Shown here: positions 50,464-61,389 of the stretch, piece by piece
How the letters are laid out: each line of letters opens with the position of its first letter
Position numbering within the stretch: position 1 is the stretch's first letter
Assembly: GCA_002189035.1 (NCBI GenBank)
Contig: NEEC01000016.1
Location: forward strand, 2,480,001-2,544,000
Source: Utricularia gibba
Lineage: Eukaryota > Plantae > Magnoliophyta
Reading direction: 5' to 3'
Length of the DNA stretch: 64,000 bases
Position numbers and translations under genes: made by a program
Notes under the pieces: model-generated
The model's input: the letters and a program-made list of their open reading frames with translations, nothing else
The model's database searches: none
Told to the model about the DNA's origin: nothing

Positions 50464-53400
50464 TGATAACACATATTTTTGAGTGATTGAGTATGGGAAA
50501 TGACTCATATTGTGCTACAAAAAAAATTAAGTTTTACTGCCTAATTCAATATTTTTGCGCATAGTACCGTAGTTGTGTTATTTTAGTATTAGCTAGGACT
50601 AAATCTAATTTAGTCCTAACCTTACTTCTAAATAGTTTTCTTTGAGCAATGCAGCAAATGTCACAACACAAATCCCAAGGAGTCGGATATGAATAGTGTA
50701 GTGGCAGAGGATGAGACAGAAGTCTGAAAAAGAGTGCACACAAAATCCAAGGAAGAGAAAAAGTGGGATTTTAGACAAAAGGGGGACAAGATGGAGAGAG
50801 AAAAATATCTCCCCCATTGGAGACACATGATATTCTTTTTGAAGATTTATGGGGGGGGGGGGGGGGAGGGGGGAGGGAAGAAAGAAGAAGACGAATCAGG
50901 AACAAGGCTGATGTGATAAACGGAAATTTTAGCATATCGTTGCAATAAAAGAAAACTTCCGTATCAAATAAATTTATAAGCCCTAATCTACACAAAATAC
51001 AAATTTATAAGCCCATATCATTGCATTTTTATAAATGCATAATTCGGAGTAACAATAAGTCTTAGTGTAAGCTCGGACCAACAGTGGTAAACAAGTCCGG
51101 TAAACAAGATCAGTAAACAATATCAGGTCATAACGCTAATGGTAACAAGTGTTCTAATGCAGAGTAATACTAAGATGCCTTAAGGATCCGTAGGTGGTGT
51201 GGTGCTAAAATATCTAACTTAAATTTCCATGTTCCTACACTCACAACTTCAAATAACCTAAGTCTACCCAGGTCATTTGTCATATTTTTGGCTAAGCTAG
51301 TCCTGAATATCATCACCAACATTGTAATTAGGTCTACCCGCATGCAAAGTGTATAGAACTAGATCTATCCGGTTCTACTGGTTCTACCTCGGATTAACAC
51401 CTATTGTGCCCGCCTTGATTTGTTGATCTACCTCTAAACCAAGCTTCTTAGTTGCGAAGTTACTTGTTCCCCTCCTTAGGTCTACCCATGAAATGTTAGA
51501 AACAAGAACTAAGAAACAATGATAAATTTTATTAAGAATCCTAGACCCACACCACCATGTTTCACCTTAAGGCATCCCTAAGGTTCTAGCAACTCATACT
51601 TGGAAAATAAACCATGATTTCATTCAGATAGTGTGGTGAAAATAACAGAAACATTGTAAGCAAGTCAAATACAGAAACTCAAAATGTTCAGAAAACTAAA
51701 AGGAAATGAAGATTGTTTTTTCTGCTCGGTGGCTAGTGTTCACGACCCAGAACAGTAGCACTAGACTGAGCTCTGATGCTCTTCTCCTCTTCTGGTCGGT
51801 GGACTTCGCCTTGGGAAAGAAGCCCCCTTGCATCTGTATGCTCCCTTCGCTCCCCTTTTCGAAAAATATCTTTCTTCCTTTACTCCAACTCACTGTTCTT
51901 GACAACAGCACTTTTCCCACCCTGAACTTGTAGACTGTAGGCGGTAGAACAGTGTTCATTATCCCTCTTCGGCTATTGTGCCCCTTTCTACTTGTTCCAC
52001 ACATTTGCGAGTTTGATTTTTTTTCTTTTTTTCGCCAATCTCCTACTGAACTCGGTCAAACATTATTAATAACGGTGGTGGACTAAATCAGAGGATTTAG
52101 TCCACTTTTTAACATAAACACACAAAATTAACATAAACACACATAAAACTTGAAAAACCACATATACCTAACTTAAACCACAATACAACCTAACTATTTT
52201 GTATTATAAAATTCGGAGAAAATGTTTGAAGACTATTTTCTGTTTTCGAAGAATATTACTCTTATTTAAGAGTAACATTTTCTAGCTTTCTGTAGAACTT
52301 TTAAATTCCCTACTTGTTTACTTTCTAGTAGTCAACTGTGAGATGAGTACAATGTAGATGATGTTTTCTTTTCTATTTTCATTTACCTTAAACATGAGTG
52401 GCTAAGCATTTAGGGGTGCCTTGGGGTGAAAAGGGGAGAATTGTGCTAATCGATCTTTAGACCTAATCAACCATAAGTTATGCTACTTCCTTAACAAACC
52501 AGGATAGATCCAAAAGAGGGAAGTAGTGAAACCCAACTTAACAACCCTAATTAGAGGTAGACCAAAGATTAGTGGGAAACAAGAGTCCGGGTAGATCTAA
52601 ACTTTGTGTGTTAGTTTTTTCATTTATGGTTTGTATGAACGTGTTAATGATAAGTATACATTCCTAGGAGTTCCAAGGCATCACCCATTTCATTCCAGAA
52701 ACAACCAAGTTCCAAAGCTTCTTCTATTTCTTTACTCAAATCCATCGTAGTTTTGCCTTGGTCTTAGTTAAGACCCAAATCTATCAATGTGACACTGATT
52801 GCATGCATTGATAATCACATGACAAGCACTTGCCATAATTGTATTATGTTTTAATGTGTATTAGGTTATAAATTCATTTGATCAAAAAGTTTGCAATTCT
52901 AACGACGTTGCATAAATTTTTCATATATCAAATTGGCGTCGTTGCCAGGGAGTGGTGTTTAATTGTTTTGTGATTCGGTTGATGCATTTGTGTTCTTCTG
53001 GTGCAAGTGATCTTGTTATCTATCCAGAAATCAAGAGAGCTACCAGCAAGAACCGCACAAGAGTGAGAGAAGCAGCAAGGTTGAGCATAGGGCTGTAAAC
53101 GGGTCAAGCCGGCTCGCAAGCTGTTTCAAGTCGGCTCGAGCTCGACTCGACTATAGCTCGGCTCAATTGAGCTCGAGCCGAGACAATATCGAGTTCGAGC
53201 TAGTTGTCAAGCCGAGCTCGAGCTTAATATTCCAAGGCTCGAGGCTCACGAGTTGGCTCGCAAGCTTTTTTATAACATTGTCAAATAAATATATTCAATA
53301 TGAAAAATGAATTATACAATAAAGATACATAATATTTTATTGTTTAAGAAATTAAATCAATTAATATATTTAAAAATGATCTAATAATATAAAATTGAAT

Positions 53401-54130
53401 GTCAACCATATTTTATTGTTTAAGAAATATATTCAAAATGAATATATGATATAATTAAATATTTTTTGTGGTTTGTTTTTATTTTGATTGTATTGTATTT
53501 TTCAATAATTATAATTAACAATAATATTTTAGATATTAATTTTATAAAATAATTTTAAATTAAAAACTATATAAATAAAAAAAATTATAAAAAAATTCGA
53601 ATTGACCCCAGTTGGGCTTGAGCTTGAATCGAGTTCGAGCTCAAGCCAAGTTTTCCCAAGCTTTGGCTTGAGCTCGAGCTTGAGCTTAAAAATGTGTGAT
53701 CGAGCTCGAGCTGGAGCTCCAAATTTTCCAGAAAGCTCGGCTTGGCTCGACTCGTTTGCAGCCCTAGTTGAGCAGACTCCCTACTGTAACTTAAGCTAAT
53801 TTTATCATGGCAAAACAGTAGAAGCCCCTGAGTGAACTTGATGTAGCTGACCATATGTACAGGGGGCTGTGTATCAATTTTTCTAATAACACAGCCAACG
53901 AATTAAAGCTAGCTATGATTAATTTTTTGTCTAAGTACTATGGAAAGGTGGGATAAAACCCACACAAACATCTTAACAATGTCACTACTGTTTGCACCTC
54001 TTTTAAGAGTGTTGGGATGACTGAGGATGTCATCTGTTTGAGAACATTCCAATTTACACTAGAAGGAAATGCAAAAATGTGGTTCAACTCTTTGAAGCCT
54101 AGGAGCATCACAGATTGGTCAGGGATGAAT
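50464..54130 (+). mobile_element. Athila-type element: 5' LTR 50464-52930 (with nested family D LTR ~50934-52208), PBS-Asp 52934-52951, gag remnant ~53805-54130
   Basis: LTR TGATAAC...ATATCA; PBS TGGCGTCGTTGCCAGGGA (tRNA-Asp type); gag NPHKHLNNVTTVC...LRTFQFTLEGNAKMWFNSLKPRSITDW. Confidence 0.88.
53088..53766. mobile_element. Non-autonomous hAT element (679 bp)
   Basis: TIR TAGGGCTGTAAACG / CGTTTGCAGCCCTA; perfect 8-bp TSD GTTGAGCA (53080-53087, 53767-53774); GAGCTCGAGC subterminal repeats; AT-rich core. Confidence 0.95.
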
Positions 54131-55225
54131 ATTACTCTCAGCTAAGAGTAGATAATGATAGTTCTAGTTTTCTATTAAACTTTTGAAATTGCTTGCTTGT
54201 TTATTTTCTAGTAATCGACTATGAGATGAGTACAATGTGGATGATGTTTTACTTTCCATTTTTGTATGTGCATGTCAATAGTATATAAGGAAATGACACA
54301 TACTTAGGGGTGCCTTGAGGTAAAAAGGGGAGAAATATACTAATCCATCGTTAGACTTTATTAACCATAAATCACGTCACTTCCTTAACAAATCAGGATA
54401 GATACAAGAAGGGGAAGTAGTGAAACTCATCTTAAAAACCCTAATCAAAAGTAGACCAAAAATTAGGAGAAAACAAAAGTTCGGGTAGACCTAGACTTTG
54501 TTTGTTAGATATAAGATCTTATTCAAACCCATCAAATAAGATTAATACGAAGATTTAGATCTTTTATATTCAAGTCAAGCTTGTGCGTCTCGGTGTTTGT
54601 AACTAAGGATCTACGATGAAGTCTTGCTAGTGTAAGTCCTACAAGTGTGGTTGTTTTATTATGTTCTTTGACATTTAATTTGACATTTGATTCTGTTTTT
54701 TGCAATGTTTTCTTTACCAACATGCTCTTTAGTACCAATGAGTACCACATAAGCCTAAGGGAGTATGAGAGAATTTAAGATTGGACTCAAGCATCTAAGA
54801 AGAAGGGTTCAATCGGACATCGTTGGTAAGACACATTTTATTTAACTATCTGCATGGTGTAGGGGTTAGATTTAGGCGTAAGGAAAACATGAGTTATCAC
54901 AAAATATGAAATAGTTTTGGTAATGTGGTTGATTATATAATCACACTAAACGAGGGAGGTGCTATAACGGTTATAAGTAGTACTACTTTAGAATAGCACC
55001 CCCAAAATATGCCTAAATAGATCAATTTTTAAGGTTTACATATACAAATATGGACGAGTTTTGAGTAAATGTATCCTAAATCCAAAGTCATTTTTTGTAT
55101 TATTTTTAAAAATGAATTTTTGTTTTGTTTTAGGTGTTTTGAGTCATTGTTTTACAAGAAAAATTTAATAATAATTTCATGAGAATACGATCTTATTTTA
55201 TTATTTCGATTGTTTCTGTGCACTT
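54131..55225 (+). repeat. Fused LTR fragments (family A 54131-54520; family B 54540-55225)
   Basis: Similarity to 52260-52620 and 23500-24180. Confidence 0.7.
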
Positions 55226-55929
55226 TGATGGGATATAAATCGGTCGAAGATAGTCTATCTCTGAAAAGGCTGCCGAAAGGAGCTCTGAAGGGACACCAAC
55301 TCCTGGCAGACCGGTACGTGTCAGAGGGCTGAAAGTGAGGAATCCTAAGCCCCCTAACCTGTACCTTTCTTCATCACATCCCTTGAGTAATAACTTTCTC
55401 CGGTAAGCTCCAACAGCTCCGTGGTTTTTTCTATCTTACTGCGGTTTCCACATAAAAATCTCCGCCTACCCCCGTTCCGATTAACCAAACTGAACAAAGT
55501 CGTGAAAAACATAAGAAGGTACGGAATTTCCCGATTGCACCTTTCACCCGAAAATCGGTCCCTTCACAAACGTCGATTTTCACTCATAACACACGTATAA
55601 TTATTATCAGTGGTAATCCGATCAACATATGTTTTGGAAATTACTTTTATAAGATTACTAAAACACAATATAAGTATTAAATTTTTTAAAATAATTCATG
55701 CACATTCAATTTAAAGAATATATCTAAATACAATTCATATTTTAAAATAATTATTATCAAATTTCTTATATAATTAGAATTAAATATATTTAAAAAGTAA
55801 TAAATACATCCATGACCGCAATTTTTTAGGCAATAAATATAATAAATGCAATAAGTTTAAAGAAAAAATTGAAAAGTTAACAAATATAATTATTACCAAA
55901 ATCCAATGGTTCAAAAATCCATTTGGGCC

Positions 55930-56510
55930 TACGTGACAAGCAACCGGCTCACTGTTCCACGACGTACGGCAGCTCTTCGGGTTGGGCCGTGAATCGGGCA
56001 AACTTCTTTTCCTAGGCTCAGCCTTCAACGCGCTAACTGGGGCGCGTAATGGCCCAGTTTCCCAGCGCCAATTGGGCAGCGTTCGTCGTCGGTGGGAGCA
56101 CCACGGAGGCACCACCACGCGCCATCGTCGCGTGGCCACGTGACATGACATGAGGGGGGCAGCAACCGGCCGATGTGCGACGAGGATGGGCGCGGCATCC
56201 GGCGACCGGGACCAATTTTGCCAACAATTGAAATAATAGAAACTATTGGTGGGAATAACATTTGGGATTTAATTTTTCAAAATATTCAAACATTGGGGAT
56301 TAATTGTGTCTGAGTTTTGAACAGTGGGGGCCAATAATGCCTGGTATACATATTATAGGGATTGGCAATGCCGGTTTTAATTATGTAAGTAATCCAAAAT
56401 ATTAGGGATCATGAATACGTAATAGGACTAATTGTGTTTTTCACATGAAGTTTTGGGGATCATTTTGGACATTATGTAAAACAATTGGGAAGTTTTAAAC
56501 AATTTTCCCA
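55930..56510. mobile_element. Mutator-like half element: GC-rich core plus long TIR-like arm
   Basis: Arm with periodic GGG(A/C)T..AATT modules ending AATTTTCCC; CpG-rich core at 55930-56220; no partner arm found. Confidence 0.4.
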
Positions 56511-57023
56511 ATTATAATAGTCGAATGCTGTCTGCTTTAATACAACTGGATCTTCAATTCAAAGGCCATATCTGAGCTCCAAATAGTGATTGTTGAATGC
56601 TATTACACCAGGAAATTGTGAAAATAGCTTGTGTTTTCATCACCAAATGTGAGCCATTTTTTCCTAGTTCATACGCGACAAAAGTCCTTATACTTCAAGA
56701 TGAAAATAAAAACACGATTGCGGTTAGATATCGATCACCAATTTACCGATAAATGTAATCTTCTCCACATACTGGTTTATTTTTCTTCAATGTAAACAAT
56801 AAATACTAATAATAATAATAATAAATACTAAAGCTGACCCAAGGGAAGAAACTTTCCTCTGTGTGTTTTTCTACCTTTACATGAAATAACAACGGTTACC
56901 AAGATTATGAGAGGAAGTAGCTGTAGTAACGACTGCTGCCAGTGTCGCCTAGTTACATTGAAGCAAAGCAATTCATTCACATTCAAGAGAGGAGAGAGAG
57001 CTCGCTTACTCTACCGACTTTAG

Positions 57024-58389
57024 TCATCCCCAAACTGGGATTATTCCTTGAGCAGCCAAACGCTTCTCCACCCAGAAAACTACGAGCTTTGCTGTTGGTC
57101 TCTTCTCATCCACCAGAAATGGCTCCACACTGCTGACTCCAGAGCCATATGAGGCTATAGAGAAACACTTGGGCCCTATAAGTATGAATTGGTAATGATA
57201 CTCTTCTCTGTCTAGTTCAAAGAATGTTGATATCCAACCAGCGTTCCTCATAAAAGACAAGCAGTGGGTAATGCAACTCAATTTCAATGACAAAATAACA
57301 TTGCGGCGCATACATTTCGAGTGTCCGCATGCTTACCGTTGATAACTCCAGCGGGAAAGAACGCCCAGAACGTATAGGGAATTCCCTTCTTCAGAAAAGA
57401 GACTTCCAACTGCCGCCATGCCATTTGATATGAAAAAAATCACAAAAACTTCAAACCACATCTATCTTCTGATTATCCAAATATGAATGTTGGCGCACAG
57501 AGATTTAATGGGCAATGCCATGCAAGTAAGGGTGTTTTGGCAAGTATATGTTGATTTTCAACTTCAAGCTAAAAAACGAGCACGAGGAACTGCTTTTTTG
57601 ATAATCACCGTTTGCTACTGTAACTAGCCAACACTATCCATATAGAATACAAGCCTCGTCAGAACCTATAGAGTTTGATCCCACTAGGCAGGAAATATCC
57701 AAGGACATTACCTGACCTTGTTATCAGAAAAAGATAGCTGAATCTCAGCGACATCTTCTTGCGCTTCTAATGTTGATCTAAGGGATGGTATTACATCTTC
57801 TTCCACCAAGAGACGCAGAGGTTTCGCTGGCGCTTTTTCTGCGGACTTGAGCTTAATAGAGGCAGAGATGGGCCTCCCCTCTGTTTCCTCCACAGCATTA
57901 ACACCCTTGTCCTGGGTTTCAGTAGAAGCTAATCCGATGCACATCATACATGATAAATCATCCGAATAAGAAGAACACAAGATTGAATGGGCTGTAGAAT
58001 CCATTTCAACAAACATCACCTGTAGACGTAGAAGAGTCTAGAACTGCAAAAAACTGCATCTTTCTCGGTTGGCTCAGTGCATTTGCAAACTGTTGACAAA
58101 CAACGAAAGCTTAAATTATCCTGCAGAAGATGCGAGGTTGATAAAGAACATCTAACAAAGATACAAACAGGTAATAGAGACCAGAGCTTCAGCTCAATTT
58201 ATCAACAAAAACCACAATTCTTCATGCAACTAGAACAGTCAATTTAACAAAGAAACCCGATCTCAACACGCTGAGCCAGGGGTGCAGAATCAGTACCACC
58301 GACATCCTGGAAGCCGTAAGACTGCTTTTAGCGAACAAACGAGAAGAGGGGTAACTGAAAAAAGCCAAGGATCCTGCGTTAGACATCAT
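57024..58389 (-). CDS. NdhV: NDH complex subunit V (DUF2996), 4 exons: 58389-58297, 58019-57717, 57409-57337, 57175-57024 (206 aa)
   Basis: KAPAKPLRLLVEEDVIPSL...LSFSDNK|LEVSFLKKGIPYTFWAFFP...G|PKCFSIASYGSG.S.VEPFLVDEK.PTA..VVFWVEKRLAAQGIIPVW. GT-AG junctions are in compatible phases; transit-peptide-like N-terminus. The exon 1/2 junction is less certain. Confidence 0.88.
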
Positions 58390-58924
58390 TGCTTCGCTTG
58401 ATTGCGACTGTAGTAATTCCGCTCTATCAGCGATTTTGTCGTGGTTCCTTCAGCCTCAGGTATGCCAGGAACTGCAAAAAAAAGGAGAACGATGGTGGTT
58501 TAGTTGGACGAGGGACAACTCACAACTAATCTTATTCCTCGATGTATCTTCCACACATTATATTATTTTCGGAGATGGGGCGGTGCTGAGGGCCACAAGG
58601 TTTTCAAAGCGCGCAAATCTTGGCCTTCAATTTTTTGTGGAGAGAAAAAAGTTGGAATTGAGCTAAAAAGAACCGCCGCTGCGATGAGACCAGGAATCAC
58701 ATTTAGTCCATGTTTAATCCATAATTTGGTTAATTTCAATTCGTCATAAGTATATTACAAAAAATAAATATAGATATTTAAATAATATTTTTTATTATAT
58801 CAAACCTAAAAAATCATGACTTCTAATTTAATTGAGCTGAATCCAAGGTTTTAGTACACTATATTCTGTCGTAATATAGTAATTACCTAGATACTCTAAA
58901 AACAAGATTGTATTATAACACTAG

Positions 58925-60560
58925 TAATAAGTGATTTTATATTCCTTATATTTTTTATTTTTATGATTATGTCAGGTCAAATTTACATTTCTTTATTTCA
59001 ATTTAATCTATATTATTAAATAAATTTTATATCTTTTTTATAAATTTTGGAGCTAAAGTATATTTTGTGATTTTTCAAAATAATTTTAATCTAAATCAAA
59101 GGAAATTAGAGTAGACTTGTGAAGTCAAAGATTTGGGCTATCGGATGAATACCCAGTAAGACATAATTGGAAAAGATAAGATGCAAGAAGATTTGGATCT
59201 TATTGTAAGACATTTATATTTTATCTTAGAAAATTTGATACAAGCCCATCAATAAAATTTAGCAAATCATCTCCTCTATGTAAAGGCCTCATCACCAAGT
59301 TGTTGTGGGGACTAGAGTTTTTTGAGTCACTTTAGGAGTCCAAAGTCAAATTTAGCATCTTTTGATTCATTTACTTTTTTTTTCATCAATTTTTGAATGT
59401 TAGAGTCAAGCATGCGTATATAGATACTTGGGTTAAGGATCTGTAGTGAAGTCTTATTTGTGCAAGCCATGTTCATGCTCATCAATATGAATGTTTTCTA
59501 TTTTTCAACATTTAATTTGAGATTTGATTTTGTTTTTCGTAACGTTTTTTTTACCAACATGCTTTTTAGTACAACATAACTCTAAGAGAGTGAGGAAAAA
59601 TATTGGATTGGCCTCAAATATCTAAGGAGAAGTGCTAAATTGAATATTGTTGGTAAAATACATTCGATCTAATCTATCTATGAGGTGTGAGGCATAGGTG
59701 TTTGAATTAAGTGTGCGGATAATATGCATTATCACAAGAGGTGAAATGACTTTAGTGACGTGATTGATTCTGTAATTCTACTAAATGAAGAACACTACTA
59801 TTGGTTATCAAGTAGCATTACATTATAATAACACCCTCATAACTTGCGTAAGAAAGTCATTTCTCAATATTTACACACACAAATAGGTGAAATTTAGTAA
59901 GATGTAATCTAGATCCAAATCCACTTTTCATATTGTTTTCAAACTAATTCTTTGTTTTGCTTTCAGTCCCTTTTGGGTTATCATTTTAAAGAAAATTTCA
60001 ATAATAATTTTATGTAGAGACAACCATTAATTATTACTTTATGTTTTCTATACACTTATAGAATTACTATCAAGTTTTTGACATTGTTACTAGGGATTTG
60101 TATTTCTTTGGATTTAGTTTCTTGTTTTTTTTTATTTTTCCATTATTTTTTTTTAGTTTTTATCTGTTTGTGCATTTGTGCAAACAATTTCTCTTTATTT
60201 ATGTTGCATGCACACACACAAGGCTTCAACCGAGATGTGCTTGTTGGTCTTGGAAATTGACAGGATTTTCTAGAGAATTAGGTTGGAAAATCGTCAAGTG
60301 TTCGAGCATCAAAGGGAAAAAGTGCATGAAGCAGATGCTAGGACAACAGCCAAGGAGGGCAACTATTTAAACCTTACTTGCATATGAAGGGGTAATAAGC
60401 ATAGGTAGATCTTCTGCCTTTCATGAATGTGCAGAGTCCTATCGAAGGAGAAGCGATGGATTTGATCAAGAACATGCACGGGAACGAACATCAGTAGGAG
60501 TGGAATCAACTCGATGAAAACACAAGATGTTGGAACTCGATTCTAAAACTTCTAAACTGA
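58925..60560 (+). mobile_element. Athila-type 5' LTR (family B, 58925-60072) with degenerate PBS-Asp and gag remnants
   Basis: LTR end ACTATCA followed by AGTTTTTGACATTGTTACTAGGGA; similar to 23080-24189. Confidence 0.7.
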
Positions 60561-60895
60561 CATAAAGGCTTTTGATTCTCCAAATGTTTAGTGCTTAGGT
60601 CATGTGAAGATCTGATGGACTTTGTTGTTGAGTTTGTATCAAATATTCTAACACAATATCTAATTTTTCTAAGATAAAATTTAAATCTTATCTAATTTGA
60701 GATTATTTTGACTTGAGTATTCATTCAAGTAGTTGAATTTATACCTTCACCAAGATCATCTCTATTTTTCTCTAATTTAGATTGAAATAATCCAAAAAGA
60801 TTACAAAATATATTTTTTCCTCTTCAAAGATCAAATTGATACAAAAGATGTAAAATTCATTCAACAGCATAGATAAAGTTAAATAAAAGAGATAT

Positions 60896-61389
60896 TGTTG
60901 AGGGCAAAAATCGGTATCCGAGAGAAGGTCGATTTTCTGGTTATGGGTGCAGCCGGATGTGCTGCACCTAGTTACGCTTTTGGTGTTTCGCTTGGCTCAT
61001 TTAGCAGAAATGAAGATAGGCGGAGATTTTTACGTGGAAACTGTCGGAGAACGGAAAAACCACGGAGTGTTGATGCAAGAAAAAGAGAGTCTTGGGAAGT
61101 AACAAAAAGGTAATGCTTCTGAGATCACCTTGGATGAAAAACGACTCATGAACAATAAGAATGACCAAAACCCTCATTCACGCATTCCTAGTAGGGTTTA
61201 TATATACCCAATACCTAGGTTAACCAACAGTGGGCCACAATTATTGAAAACACACAAAAAGCCCAACAACTCGAATCCAACACTTCCATGCTCGAACTCA
61301 ACACCTTTTTAATCTGAAATATAACATTATGACACAAGATTAGTGCTTCCAATCACCTTCAGACTTTGGATTGAGGCTGATCTCCAACA
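60896..61389 (-). mobile_element. 3' LTR (494 bp) of a Ty1/copia element
   Basis: TGTTG...CAACA termini; PPT GGGGGGAG (61390-61397, minus) immediately adjacent. Confidence 0.9.

Noticed and set aside
50851-50875. G-run as a G-quadruplex regulatory element
   Set aside because: Homopolymer inside an LTR (also at ~38888 and ~23457); length is unreliable and typical of the family.
57024-58389. NdhV as a decaying pseudogene
   Set aside because: Splice sites are canonical, phases are compatible and the conserved C-terminal motifs are intact.
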